A DNA stretch of 64,000 nt from Patescibacteria group bacterium (GCA_041737355.1 JBGSRW010000003.1:5332-69331); one strand, 5' to 3'; counted from the first letter of the stretch, positions 9,275 to 18,914 are shown. Numbers and translations: made by a program. The notes: generated by a model from the sequence alone, not told the origin.

Positions 9275-10384
9275 CTAAACAAACTTGTCGCACTTTACCG
9301 CGAGAAGAAGAATAATGGAGTTTCTCGTAACGAGTCCGACGACCTTGCCTTTTTCAATTACCGGCAAACGCCCAAAATCGTTATTGGTAAGTTTCAAAAA
9401 GGCATTATAGGCAGTATCGGTCGGCCGGAGTGTTTCCAATTTTTCCGCCCCGGTCATAATAGCCTCTACTCTCGTCGTCCCCCATTTGACTCTCGGTACG
9501 CTTCGTAAATCGTGCAACGTAACCAGTCCAATAAGCTTGTCTCCCTCCTCTACCGGGAAACCTCCTTGCTTATAATCAAGAAATGCCTTAGCCAAATCCC
9601 TAAGCAACATTTTCGGCTGAACTTTTTCAAACTCCCTGTCCATAATTCCGTCTATCCTGACGTGATCCAAAACCGACTCCATCATTTGTTGCTTTAAGCT
9701 TGACCCGGCGGCTTGTATTAAAAACCAGCTAATTACTATCATCCACAAACCTCCGACAAAATTATTTTCCAGAAGAAGTTTTATCCCCCAAAGGGTAAGC
9801 AGGAAAGCGATAACCCGGCTGACAACAACGGCCCGGCGGGTAGCCCGGTCTATATCGTCCGAGGCCGCCCAAAGCGCCGAACGAAAAACTCTACCTCCAT
9901 CAAGAGGGAAGGCAGGAATTAAATTAAAGGCTCCCAAAATCCCATTTATTAGAAATAGATAATGGGCAATAGCCGCTCCCGTTAAACCAATATTTACCCC
10001 GGCCAACACCCAAAAAACACCTGCCAGAAAAAAACTGGCCAGAGGTCCAGCGATCGCCATACTGAATTCATCGGAGGGTTTTTTCGGCTCGGTTATCATT
10101 TCGGCAACTCCTCCGAAAACAAACAAAGTAATGCTCTTAACGACGATATTGCGTCTCTTACCGATCAAAGAATGGGAAAGCTCATGGAAAAGAACTGAAG
10201 CAAAAAGAAAAAATGCGGCTACGGCAGCGGCGAGCCAATAAATTGTATCTGTCCAGCCAGGGTAATTAGCCGGAAAATAAAATTGCGCCAGTGACCAGAT
10301 AACAAGAAAAAAAATCAAAAACCACGAATAATGGATTTTAATTTCTATTTCCTTAATTTTTCCTAAACAGAAAGCATTGTGCAT
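9275..10384 (-). CDS. Site-2 protease (M50) with tandem CBS domains
   Basis: HELSH zinc motif, AIAGP, FNLIPAFPLDGGR, and a C-terminal CBS pair. Confidence 0.93.
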   Translation of the reverse strand: MHNAFCLGKIKEIEIKIHYSWFLIFFLVIWSLAQFYFPANYPGWTDTIYWLAAAVAAFFLFASVLFHELSHSLIGKRRNIVVKSITLFVFGGVAEMITEPKKPSDEFSMAIAGPLASFFLAGVFWVLAGVNIGLTGAAIAHYLFLINGILGAFNLIPAFPLDGGRVFRSALWAASDDIDRATRRAVVVSRVIAFLLTLWGIKLLLENNFVGGLWMIVISWFLIQAAGSSLKQQMMESVLDHVRIDGIMDREFEKVQPKMLLRDLAKAFLDYKQGGFPVEEGDKLIGLVTLHDLRSVPRVKWGTTRVEAIMTGAEKLETLRPTDTAYNAFLKLTNNDFGRLPVIEKGKVVGLVTRNSIILLLAVKCDKFV

Positions 10385-10407
10385 AAAAAAATATGTCTAT
10401 TTAGATA

Positions 10408-11565
10408 TTACCAACTCCGATAAACCTTTTCTGTTTCCGCAACAATTCTACCCCAGTCAAAATTTTCTTCAATAAACTTTTTTCCTCTACCTCCGCGCCC
10501 TTCCACGATTTCCGGAGAATTCAGAAGATAAATAATTTTTTCGTACAGATCATCGATATTTTTTGTTTCAAAAGAAAAGCCTGAATGGTCTATTGTTTCC
10601 AAATTTTCCGGGATATTGCTTATCAGGACGCACGTCCCGTAAGACATGGCCTCGAGAATCGTTATGGAAAGACCCTCCGCTTCGGAGGGATGAATATAAA
10701 GATAGGCGTTTGCGAAAAGCTGTTTTAACGGTTCGCCGGTCTGAAAACCGGTAAAAATTATATTCTCACTCTGCTCGGCCAGTTTGTTCAGGTAAGCGGA
10801 ATAATCGTCGGTAAAACTCGGAGCGCCGACAATCACCAGTTTTTTTATCTTTCCTCCTGGCCAATTTTCCGCCGCAGTACCTAATTTTTTTTCCAAATTC
10901 TTGTAGGCCTGAATCAAGTAATGAATACCCTTATGCCTGATGAGGCGGGCTACCGTCAAAATATATTCTTTTTTTTCTAAGCCGAATTCTTTGATTTTCT
11001 CAGTCCCGATGCTCTTCTCTACGGAAACCCCGTTGGGAATATAAAAAATACTTTTTCCAAACTTTTCCCGGCAATATTTTTGAATCGACTGGGAAACGGC
11101 AATAGTCAGATCGGGAAAATGACAAGCGGTCCATTCTCCCCACCCCAGATAAATTCTCGCAAACCATCCCCATTTCTTATGAAAACGGTCAATGCTGTGA
11201 AAGGTAACCACGATTTTAGCTCGCGGTTTTAGTATCCGGGGAATCCAGGCCAAAGTCGATGGCCCGACTCCGTGATAATGGATAATATCAACTTTTTTGA
11301 AAAGAACATGCAGGGTGGCCAAAAAAGTGTGGGTAATAGTATCAAAATTTTTAGTCGGAACGGATGGCAGGGAAACCAAATTTACCCCCTTATATTTTTT
11401 TTGTCCGTTGATTATAAAGCGTGGCCGGACGTAAACGTAGACTTCGTGTCCGCGGGAAGCCAAACGAGCTGCCAATTCTTCCACATGCCTCTCAACTCCC
11501 CCGTCCCGGATGAAGGGAATCCCCTTCTGGCCTATCATGGCAATTCTCATAAATCCTCTTGCCAA
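10408..11565 (-). CDS. Glycosyltransferase family 4
   Basis: MRIAMIG...GGVERHV, HKGIHYLI, PSEAEGLSITILEAMSYG. Confidence 0.92.
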   Translation of the reverse strand: MARGFMRIAMIGQKGIPFIRDGGVERHVEELAARLASRGHEVYVYVRPRFIINGQKKYKGVNLVSLPSVPTKNFDTITHTFLATLHVLFKKVDIIHYHGVGPSTLAWIPRILKPRAKIVVTFHSIDRFHKKWGWFARIYLGWGEWTACHFPDLTIAVSQSIQKYCREKFGKSIFYIPNGVSVEKSIGTEKIKEFGLEKKEYILTVARLIRHKGIHYLIQAYKNLEKKLGTAAENWPGGKIKKLVIVGAPSFTDDYSAYLNKLAEQSENIIFTGFQTGEPLKQLFANAYLYIHPSEAEGLSITILEAMSYGTCVLISNIPENLETIDHSGFSFETKNIDDLYEKIIYLLNSPEIVEGRGGRGKKFIEENFDWGRIVAETEKVYRSW

Positions 11566-11656
11566 AAATAAATCTTCTTGGTATTATTATATCAGATTTT
11601 GGAAAAGATTACTATTTAAAGGCAATTTATCAAGCTTTTTTTGTTTTAGCCTTTCC

Positions 11657-11729
11657 GACCCGGTAGCTCAGCTGGTAGAGCATCTGCCTTTTAAGCAGAG
11701 GGTCCTGGGTTCGAGCCCCAGCCGGGTCA
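11657..11729 (+). tRNA. tRNA-Lys(TTT)
   Basis: GACCCGG...CCGGGTC acceptor stem; anticodon arm TCTGC-CTTTTAA-GCAGA; GGTTCGAGCCC T-arm. Confidence 0.96.
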
Positions 11730-11795
11730 TTTTGTTTATTTGCCGTGAAAATAGCGATTCACGCCTTGGGTTGCAAATGAAGCCAAGCTGAGATT

Positions 11796-11833
11796 TATGA
11801 ATTAGAAAAACCTTCAAAACGAAGGCTTTTTTT
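11796..11833 (+). terminator. Terminator downstream of tRNA-Lys
   Basis: CCTTC-AAAAC-GAAGG hairpin followed by a T run. Confidence 0.55.
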
Positions 11834-11884
11834 GTTGTTGGGCCAGAGAACACGACGGGCGTATTTATCATTAATGCCCACTGC

Positions 11885-11913
11885 TTGACAAAATCACCGA
11901 TTTATTATAAAAT
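11885..11913 (+). promoter_or_regulatory. Sigma70 promoter of the diguanylate cyclase cassette
   Basis: TTGACA-N17-TAAAAT; Shine-Dalgarno AAGGAGG just before the ATG at 11963. Confidence 0.75.
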
Positions 11914-11962
11914 CTTAGATCGTCATAACGGCACAAGCAACATCTTAAAGAAGGAGGAGACG

Positions 11963-12598
11963 ATGTTTGAAGGAATGACGCGCGAAGAGATAATCGCGCA
12001 GTTCCAGCGGACGATCGAAGCGGACGTCGCCCGAAAAGAAAATCTCGAAAAAAGAATCAAGGAACTCGAGGCCGAAAACCGGCAACTACGCCGGCTGATC
12101 GGCGTCGACCATCTGACCGGCATTCCGGTTCGTTACCGCGTCATGAAATTTCTGGAAAACGAAATCGCCCGCTGCCGGCGCTACGACGGATCGACCTTCA
12201 GCGTGCTTTTTCTCGACATCGACCACTTCCGGAAAATCAACGAGAATCTCGGCCACCTGGGAGGAGACGCGGTCTTGCGCGAACTTGCCCAGCGGCTCCA
12301 GGCCGCCCTGCGGCGCTACGATGCCATCGGCCGGTACGGCGGCGAGGAATTCTTGATTGTCCTGCCAAACACGCCTGGCGACAAGGCAATTCTTGCAGCC
12401 GAACGTCTCCGTGAGAAGATCGTCGCCGCAAAGCCATTCGTCTACGGCGATAAAACCGTGACGGTTACCGTGAGCATCGGCATTTCCCAATTCCGCCGCG
12501 AAGACACGGCCCCCGACCTGATCGAGGCCGCCGACATGGCTATGTTCCGGACTAAGGACCGGGGACGGAACTGCGTCGAGCCGGACAGTCGGCCGTAG
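11963..12598 (+). CDS. Diguanylate cyclase (coiled coil + GGDEF domain)
   Basis: DHLTG, FLDIDHFRKINENLGHLGGD, I-site RRYD, active site GGEEF. Start moved from the TTG at 11885 (which is the -35 box) to the SD-preceded ATG at 11963. Confidence 0.93.
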   Translation: MFEGMTREEIIAQFQRTIEADVARKENLEKRIKELEAENRQLRRLIGVDHLTGIPVRYRVMKFLENEIARCRRYDGSTFSVLFLDIDHFRKINENLGHLGGDAVLRELAQRLQAALRRYDAIGRYGGEEFLIVLPNTPGDKAILAAERLREKIVAAKPFVYGDKTVTVTVSIGISQFRREDTAPDLIEAADMAMFRTKDRGRNCVEPDSRP

Positions 12599-12610
12599 AA
12601 ATTAACCTCG

Positions 12611-12670
12611 CAAGGACAGAAAAACCCATCCAGGGAGGAAGGGTTTCTAAAATTCTGTCCTTGTTTTTTT
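12611..12670. terminator. Long-stem terminator between the DGC gene and murG
   Basis: CAAGGACAGAA / TTCTGTCCTTG outer stem, inner AAACCC/GGGTTT, then a T run. Confidence 0.65.
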
Positions 12671-12676
12671 ATTATT

Positions 12677-13747
12677 TTATCTTTTTATAATCTTAAAAAT
12701 TTCCTCAACTATAGTCCCCGCCGCCCCGATTTTCATTACGCCTTTCATGTTTCTGCTTAAATTTTCCAATTCCACCTTGTTGTTTAACAATTCCCTGGCG
12801 GAAGAAGAGAAATTTTCCGGCGTCATGTCTGCTTGCTCGATGATCCGTACCGCATTATTTTTTTTAAAATACCAGGCATTATCCTCCTGATGGCTTTTCG
12901 GCATGGGTACGAGTACCGTCGGCTTACCGAGAGCCGCAAGCTCGGTAAGCGTCCCAAGCCCAGCTCTTGAAATTACCAGATCGGCAACCGCGTAAGCGTC
13001 CTTGAGCTGTCCGGCTAAAAAATCGAAAACGTGATAACGCCCTGCACCGTTCCCGGACAAATTATTTCCAAACCGTCCACCCGTTACGTGGATAACCTGA
13101 CAAAATTTTACGAGCTCCGGTGCGGCTTTCAAAACAACCTCGTTCAATTTAAGCGCGCCCGTTCCCCCGCCTAAAACCAATATCGTCGGAATATTTTCTT
13201 CCAGACCGAAAAATTTTAAAGCCGCTTCCTTATCCCCCGAAAAAATTTCCCGCCGTACGGGATTCCCTGTCCATATCGCTTTAGGAAAATATTTTTTTCC
13301 TTCCGGAAAAGCGACTGTTACGAGCTTGGCGAAAGGAGCGGTAAGCTTATTGGCCAAACCGGGCCTGATATCCTGCTGATGAACAAGGCTCGGAACGCCG
13401 AGAACCCAGCCGGCCCAAACAACCGGCACTCCGACGAAACCGCCGGCTGATAAAATAATTTTTGGTTTGAATCTTAAAATTATCCAGAGGGCTTTTAAAA
13501 AACCTCCGGTAATCAGAAACGGAATTAATAAATTAAATCCGGAAAAATAGCGTCTTAATTTCCCAGCCGGAATTTTTTCAAAAACTAAACCGTTGGCGCG
13601 GATAAGTTCCGCCTCCGGACCGTTATTGGTCCCCAACCATAAAAAATCTGCTCCGGGCATTTTAGTTCTGATTTCTTCGGCTAAAGACAGAAGCGGAGTT
13701 ACCGAACCCATTGTTCCGCCTCCGGTTAAAATAATTTTGTAGTCCAT
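12677..13747 (-). CDS. murG: Undecaprenyl-PP-MurNAc-pentapeptide GlcNAc transferase MurG
   Basis: TGGGTMGSVTP, GKLRRY, PGLANK, TGNPVR, ISRAG, HQEDNA. Confidence 0.95.
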   Translation of the reverse strand: MDYKIILTGGGTMGSVTPLLSLAEEIRTKMPGADFLWLGTNNGPEAELIRANGLVFEKIPAGKLRRYFSGFNLLIPFLITGGFLKALWIILRFKPKIILSAGGFVGVPVVWAGWVLGVPSLVHQQDIRPGLANKLTAPFAKLVTVAFPEGKKYFPKAIWTGNPVRREIFSGDKEAALKFFGLEENIPTILVLGGGTGALKLNEVVLKAAPELVKFCQVIHVTGGRFGNNLSGNGAGRYHVFDFLAGQLKDAYAVADLVISRAGLGTLTELAALGKPTVLVPMPKSHQEDNAWYFKKNNAVRIIEQADMTPENFSSSARELLNNKVELENLSRNMKGVMKIGAAGTIVEEIFKIIKR

Positions 13748-13750
13748 ACT

Positions 13751-14848
13751 TTAGTCTTTAGTATGTTTGGAAATATTCGCCATAATACCTGATGCCGCAA
13801 GACACATTGTCAGAGCCGTACCGCCGTAGCTTATCAAGGGCAACGGAATACCTGTCAACGGTAAAATCCCCACCATAGCCCCGATGTTTATTAAAGCTTG
13901 AAAAACAATCCAGCTCGTAATCCCGGTTGCCAGAAGGCGGCCGAAACCGTCCGGAGCTCCTTGGGCAATTTTAAAACCTCTTATGGCCAAAAAAATAAAA
14001 GCGACAACCAGTCCTACGACAAGAATAAATCCGAGCTCTTCGGCGATAATCGCAAAAATGGAATCCCCCGCTACTTCCGGAAGATATTGAAATTTTTGCC
14101 GCGAAAGACCCAGTCCCAAACCGAAAAAACCTCCGGAACCTATGGCTAAAAGAGCCTGATTGATATGGTACCCGATACCTTGAGGATCAAGCTCCGGGTG
14201 TAAAAAGGTCATCAGACGGGCGGCCCGATAAGGCGCGATCTTTATTAAAAGAAAAAACAGCAAGGCCCCCGCTCCGGAAATCCAACTTAAGTGCAAAAGC
14301 GGAGCGCCGGCGGAGAAATAAACAACAAGAGAAATTACGGCGATAACCGAGAGTGTCCCGATGTCCGGCTGCAAAACCATCAAAATAACAATGATTCCGA
14401 AAGCGGCTATGAATGGGATAAAACTGGATGCGGTATCGCGCATATCTCTTCCTCCGCGTTTCGGACCAAGCCAGGCTGCCAGATAAATTAAAAATGTCAG
14501 TTTGACAATCTCCGCGGGTTGGAGCGACATCCCCCCGATATTAATCCAGCTTTTCGCCCGGCCATAACCGGCTCCCAGGCCTGGGATAAAAACCAACAAC
14601 AGAAGAACTATGGAAGCAGCCAGAAAAGGAAGGGCATATTTTTTTAACTTGCGGTAGTCGGTCCCGGCAATAACAAAAAATGCGGCCAGACCGGGTAATA
14701 ATCCAAAAATAATTTGATGTTTTACGTACCAGTAATTATCCCCGAATTTTTCGTAAGCGACGGCCGAGCTCGCTGAAGAAAGCATAATCAGCCCGAAAAC
14801 AATAATCGCTCCGACCAGGCCAATAAAAACATAATCAGGCTTATGCAT
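13751..14848 (-). CDS. ftsW: SEDS peptidoglycan polymerase FtsW
   Basis: SLQPAEIVK, QPDIGT, AIGSGG, DSIFAIIAEELG, GIPLPLISYGGT; lies between mraY and murG. ATG at 14848 chosen as start. Confidence 0.92.
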   Translation of the reverse strand: MHKPDYVFIGLVGAIIVFGLIMLSSASSAVAYEKFGDNYWYVKHQIIFGLLPGLAAFFVIAGTDYRKLKKYALPFLAASIVLLLLVFIPGLGAGYGRAKSWINIGGMSLQPAEIVKLTFLIYLAAWLGPKRGGRDMRDTASSFIPFIAAFGIIVILMVLQPDIGTLSVIAVISLVVYFSAGAPLLHLSWISGAGALLFFLLIKIAPYRAARLMTFLHPELDPQGIGYHINQALLAIGSGGFFGLGLGLSRQKFQYLPEVAGDSIFAIIAEELGFILVVGLVVAFIFLAIRGFKIAQGAPDGFGRLLATGITSWIVFQALINIGAMVGILPLTGIPLPLISYGGTALTMCLAASGIMANISKHTKD

Positions 14849-14852
14849 AAAT

Positions 14853-15902
14853 TTACCCCAGCCCCCTGTCAACCAAAGAAATAATTAAACCAATAACCGC
14901 CGTTACGCCGGCAATGACCCAAAAACGCATAACAATTTTCGGTTCGGTCCAGCCGATAGCTTCAAGATGATGGTGTATCGGGGTAGAAAGAAAAATTTTC
15001 TTCCCGCGTATTTTTTTTGAAATTATTTGTACTATAACGGAAACAGACTCGACCACGAAAACAAAACCGATAATCGGGAGAAGAAAAACCGAATTGGTAA
15101 GCATAGCGACAACGCCGAGCGTGACGCCAAGTGACATCGCTCCGGTATCACCCATAAAAAACCTGGCTGGATTTATATTAAACCAAAGGAAAGCCAAAAG
15201 TGATCCGACAATTACCCCGCAGAAAGCGGCCAGATCAATCTTTCCCTGAGAGAAAGCGATTGCTCCGAAAGCGGCGAACGAAGCAAGGAGAAGTCCGCCA
15301 GCCAAACCGTCCAAGCCGTCACTCTCATTTACCGAGAAAGAAGTCGCCACAATAATAAAAATAAATAGAGGAATGGTCCACCAATCAATAACAAAATTTC
15401 CCAAAAAGGGAATATGGATCGTATCCCAATCAAGTTTAAAATAAAACCACCAGGCTCCTATAAGTGCGATTAAGGTATAAATTATTAATCTATGACGCAT
15501 CCGGAGTCCGCCGCCGTTAGGCCCGATTCTCCTCACGTTTAAATAATCGTCAAGCAGACCGACTAACGCCGAAGCGACGAGAACCCCGAGCGGCAACAAT
15601 GTCTGGGATCTTGTCAAAAAATCCAGATTTTTGAAAATTTCTATATTCGTCCACTGTCCGAGATAGAAAAAGAATACGGCCAGGAAAAATACCGTAACCC
15701 ATATCAACAACCCGCCCATTGTCGGAGTACCCGCCTTGGCTTTATGAAGCGACGACATTATCGGAGCCGATTTTTCGTCCCTGATTTGTTTTCCCAGCTT
15801 GTGTTTGAACAAAAAATAAGTCAAAAACGGAGTCCAGCTCATTGCTAAAATAAAAGCTAATGTTGTCAAAACAAAAATTTTAATAACGCTGAAGCTATCC
15901 AT
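14853..15902 (-). CDS. mraY: Phospho-MurNAc-pentapeptide transferase MraY
   Basis: KAGTPTMGG, GLLDD, DGLDGL, FMGDTG, PIHHHLE. Confidence 0.96.
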   Translation of the reverse strand: MDSFSVIKIFVLTTLAFILAMSWTPFLTYFLFKHKLGKQIRDEKSAPIMSSLHKAKAGTPTMGGLLIWVTVFFLAVFFFYLGQWTNIEIFKNLDFLTRSQTLLPLGVLVASALVGLLDDYLNVRRIGPNGGGLRMRHRLIIYTLIALIGAWWFYFKLDWDTIHIPFLGNFVIDWWTIPLFIFIIVATSFSVNESDGLDGLAGGLLLASFAAFGAIAFSQGKIDLAAFCGVIVGSLLAFLWFNINPARFFMGDTGAMSLGVTLGVVAMLTNSVFLLPIIGFVFVVESVSVIVQIISKKIRGKKIFLSTPIHHHLEAIGWTEPKIVMRFWVIAGVTAVIGLIISLVDRGLG

Positions 15903-15910
15903 AAAATTAA

Positions 15911-16303
15911 TTACTGATTAATCATTACAACCATGAAAGAAGCGCCCAAAAGGATGATCTGGATAAAAAGACCCGTACCGGCCAAAAAATATCCGATAAC
16001 TCTGTCGCGTAAATAAACTATATCCGATACCAGAAAATTTATTAGTATAAAAAATGCTCCCGCGAGAGGCACGACAAAAACCTTCTTCCATTCCCCCACT
16101 AAGTCAACGCCAAAATAAATATTATAATGAAGAGGAATTATATCGCCGGAACTACCGAGCCTTGAAAATTTCATATAAAGAAAAGCCCAAATACCAAAAT
16201 TAATAACTAAAGATATACCAAAAATTATCTGAAAAAATATATCCTTAAAAATTAGGACAGTGAAACCTCTAAATATATTTTTTATTCCCGCCCGCAGATC
16301 CAT
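15911..16303 (-). CDS. Small membrane protein (PLHYNIYFGVD motif; DUF1648-like)
   Basis: Three predicted TMs; IPLHYNIYFGVDLVGEW loop. Confidence 0.6.
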   Translation of the reverse strand: MDLRAGIKNIFRGFTVLIFKDIFFQIIFGISLVINFGIWAFLYMKFSRLGSSGDIIPLHYNIYFGVDLVGEWKKVFVVPLAGAFFILINFLVSDIVYLRDRVIGYFLAGTGLFIQIILLGASFMVVMINQ

Positions 16304-16309
16304 AAATTT

Positions 16310-17518
16310 CTATTTAATCGGCGACATTTTCCTCAAGCGCTCGATAATTCCCGGAAGAACTGAAAGAAGTGCCTGAATATCCTTTTCGGTATTATCCCTG
16401 CCTAAAGTTATGCGCAAACTTCCGTGGGAAATTTCGGGGGAAACACCCATGGCTGTCAAGACGTGCGAAGGTTCAAGAGAGCCTGACGAACAAGCCGAAC
16501 CGGTGGAAACGGCAATCCCTTCCATATCGAGCATCAGGAGGATACTTTCTCCTTCAACATTTTTAAAACAAAAATTTGCGTTCCCAGCCACCCTCTCTTT
16601 CAAATCTCCGTTCACAACCGCGTCTTTTATTTTTTTGATAACGCCCTTAATTAATTTATCACGTAATTTTCTAATTTTTAAATTTTGATTCTTTATTCCG
16701 GATTTCTGACTCAACAGCTCGACGGCTTTGCCCAAACCGACAATACCCGCGACATTTTCCGTACCCGATCTTAGACCCTGTTCTTGATGCCCGCCAAAAA
16801 CTAAGGGGTATAGGGGTGTGCCACCCCGGACAAAGAGGGTGCCTGTTCCCTTTGGCCCGTAAATTTTATGGGCTGAAATAGAAAGAAGGTCAACGCCAAG
16901 AAAATCCACCCGGCAATCACAAAAATTGGCGGCTTGCACGGCATCGGTATGAAAATAAATTTTGTCTTCTTTCTTACTTCTCTCGCTATTGATTTTTTTT
17001 ATCAAACCGCCTATTTCTGGAATGGGCTGAATTGTTCCTACTTCATTATTCACGTACATTACAGAAACAAGAATCGTTTCTGGACGAATAGCCTTCTTCA
17101 CTTCCTCGACTTCCACCAAACCAAATTTTGTCACTGGCAGATAAGTCACTTCTACTCCTTCCTTTTTTAATTCACGGCAAACTTCAAGAACGGCCGGATG
17201 CTCAATGGCCGAGGCGATCACGTGCAATTTTCTTTGCGGGTTTTCCCCTCTCGCCCGCCTGACCAAACCTAAAATCGCCAAATTATTGCTTTCCGTCGCG
17301 CCCGAGGTAAAAATTATTTCCCGCGGATCACAAACCAAAAATTTAGCTACCAGTTCGCGTGCTTCCTCAACCCCGGCCCGCGCCTTCTGGCCGAAAGAAT
17401 GAAGCGACGAGGCATTGCCAAAATCAGCCGTGAGATACGGCTTCATTGCGCCGAACACCTCTTTGTCCAAAGGAGTGGTAGCTGAATGATCCAAGTAAAT
17501 ACGTTTCATAAATGCCAA
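16310..17518 (-). CDS. iscS: Cysteine desulfurase (IscS/NifS type)
   Basis: IYLDHSATT, PLP lysine in SAHKIYGPKG, catalytic loop STGSACSS. Confidence 0.93.
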   Translation of the reverse strand: MAFMKRIYLDHSATTPLDKEVFGAMKPYLTADFGNASSLHSFGQKARAGVEEARELVAKFLVCDPREIIFTSGATESNNLAILGLVRRARGENPQRKLHVIASAIEHPAVLEVCRELKKEGVEVTYLPVTKFGLVEVEEVKKAIRPETILVSVMYVNNEVGTIQPIPEIGGLIKKINSERSKKEDKIYFHTDAVQAANFCDCRVDFLGVDLLSISAHKIYGPKGTGTLFVRGGTPLYPLVFGGHQEQGLRSGTENVAGIVGLGKAVELLSQKSGIKNQNLKIRKLRDKLIKGVIKKIKDAVVNGDLKERVAGNANFCFKNVEGESILLMLDMEGIAVSTGSACSSGSLEPSHVLTAMGVSPEISHGSLRITLGRDNTEKDIQALLSVLPGIIERLRKMSPIK

Positions 17519-17535
17519 TTACTATTCGATTAATT

Positions 17536-17760
17536 CTATACCGCGACAACCTCTTTAATTTCTTTCATTTTTGATTTCAACACTCTTGCAATCCCCTGCT
17601 CCAGAGTCATCGCAGCCATAGGACAATGGTGGCAAGCGCCAACGAGTCTTACTTTTACTATTCCTTTTTTCTCATCAACCTCAACCAATTCAACGTCGCC
17701 GCCGTCCGCCTTGAGAGCCGGTCTTATTTCGTCCAAAATTTTTTTTATTTTTTCTTTCAT
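17536..17760 (-). CDS. NifU C-terminal (Nfu) domain Fe-S carrier
   Basis: IRPALKADGGDVEL...GACHHCP with CxxC. Confidence 0.92.
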   Translation of the reverse strand: MKEKIKKILDEIRPALKADGGDVELVEVDEKKGIVKVRLVGACHHCPMAAMTLEQGIARVLKSKMKEIKEVVAV

Positions 17761-17764
17761 AATA

Positions 17765-18160
17765 TTATTTTTTTATTTTTTTAATGGCATCACGAAGAGC
17801 CTCTATCGCTAAAACCGAACAATGAAGTTTTACCGGCGGAAGGCCGTCCAACGAATCGGCAATATTTTTTTTATCAATCTTGGCCGCCTCTTCGAGCGAT
17901 TTTCCCTTAACCAAATCCGTTATCATCGACGATGTCGCAATAGCCGCGGCGCAACCGAGCGTCTCAAATTTTATATCTTTAATATAATCTATTTCCTTGC
18001 CTTTATTTTTTTTCTTGTCAATTTTTATATACAGTTTCATCATATCCCCACAAAGCGGATTTCCCGCCTCTCCTACCACCGTCGGATTGGCGATAACGCC
18101 CTGGTTATGGGGTTTTTTAAAATGTTCTATAACCTTTTTTGAATATATAATTTGACTCAT
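17765..18160 (-). CDS. iscU: Fe-S scaffold, IscU/NifU N-terminal type
   Basis: GNPLCGD, GCAAAIA and LPPVKLHCS supply the three conserved Cys. Confidence 0.92.
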   Translation of the reverse strand: MSQIIYSKKVIEHFKKPHNQGVIANPTVVGEAGNPLCGDMMKLYIKIDKKKNKGKEIDYIKDIKFETLGCAAAIATSSMITDLVKGKSLEEAAKIDKKNIADSLDGLPPVKLHCSVLAIEALRDAIKKIKK

Positions 18161-18180
18161 ATAATTAAAAAATAAAAAAA

Positions 18181-18432
18181 TTAACCCTTGCCCTCCTGAC
18201 TCTTTTCTAATCTCTGATAGTAAGCATCTATCATGTCTTTTACTTCCGGGCCAAAAATTTGGTGGTATCTTTTGAGAGCCGCCCTGATTTCACCGGCTAT
18301 TTCCGCTTTGCGTTCTTCGCCCGCGTCGGAGCCGTCCATTTCTTTGAATAACCGATCGATTTCCGTCATTATTTCCACCTCTGCCGCGGCTTCTGGGGAC
18401 AGAGCTTCGCCGCCGTTACGCGTCTTTGCCAT
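18181..18432 (-). CDS. Hypothetical small helical protein
   Basis: 83 aa charged ORF with its own upstream promoter; first gene of the Fe-S/mur gene run. Confidence 0.6.
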   Translation of the reverse strand: MAKTRNGGEALSPEAAAEVEIMTEIDRLFKEMDGSDAGEERKAEIAGEIRAALKRYHQIFGPEVKDMIDAYYQRLEKSQEGKG

Positions 18433-18470
18433 ATATAAATTACAAACAAAAATTAATCATGCTTTTCCCT

Positions 18471-18499
18471 ATTATATCGTATTCTTACCTAAAATTCAA
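18471..18499 (-). promoter_or_regulatory. Sigma70 promoter (leftward)
   Basis: Reverse complement TTGAAT-N17-TATAAT. Confidence 0.7.
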
Positions 18500-18518
18500 G
18501 GCGGAGCGAGTAAACCAT

Positions 18519-18547
18519 TTGACAATTTTAAAAAGGTCGTCTAAAAT
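18519..18547 (+). promoter_or_regulatory. Sigma70 promoter of rpmA
   Basis: TTGACA-N17-TAAAAT. Confidence 0.75.
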
Positions 18548-18588
18548 AGGAAAATGTCCATAAAATTTAACCTTTAAATTATAGCAAT

Positions 18589-18873
18589 ATGGCTCATAAA
18601 AAAGCAGGCGGTTCCACTAGTTTGGGCCGCGATTCACAAGCTCAAAGATTAGGCGTAAAAATGACCGACGGGCAACTGGCTCACCCCGGATGTATTCTCG
18701 TAAGACAAAGGGGCACGAAAGTCCATCCCGGCAAGAATGTCAGGCGCGGCAGCGACGATACTCTTTATGCCGTGGCCAAAGGCACGGTTAAGTTTACTAC
18801 CAGAAAGCTGCCGAAATTCGACGGAAATCTCAGGATGACAAAAATTGTCAATGTAGTCCCCAAAGAAGCTTAA
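18589..18873 (+). CDS. rpmA: 50S ribosomal protein L27
   Basis: [24 protein letters not shown]...ILVRQRGTK. Confidence 0.97.
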   Translation: MAHKKAGGSTSLGRDSQAQRLGVKMTDGQLAHPGCILVRQRGTKVHPGKNVRRGSDDTLYAVAKGTVKFTTRKLPKFDGNLRMTKIVNVVPKEA

Positions 18874-18881
18874 GAAATATT

Positions 18882-18914
18882 AAAACCGCCCCGTAATTAG
18901 CGGGGCGGTTTTTT
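18882..18914. terminator. Bidirectional terminator (rpmA/pyrG)
   Basis: AAAACCGCCCCG / CGGGGCGGTTTT perfect inverted repeat. Confidence 0.88.

Noticed and set aside
11510-11871. ORFs overlapping tRNA-Lys
   Set aside because: Spurious translations across the tRNA and intergenic DNA.
11657-12670. Integrative element at tRNA-Lys
   Set aside because: No integrase and no duplicated tRNA 3' end visible downstream of the DGC gene.
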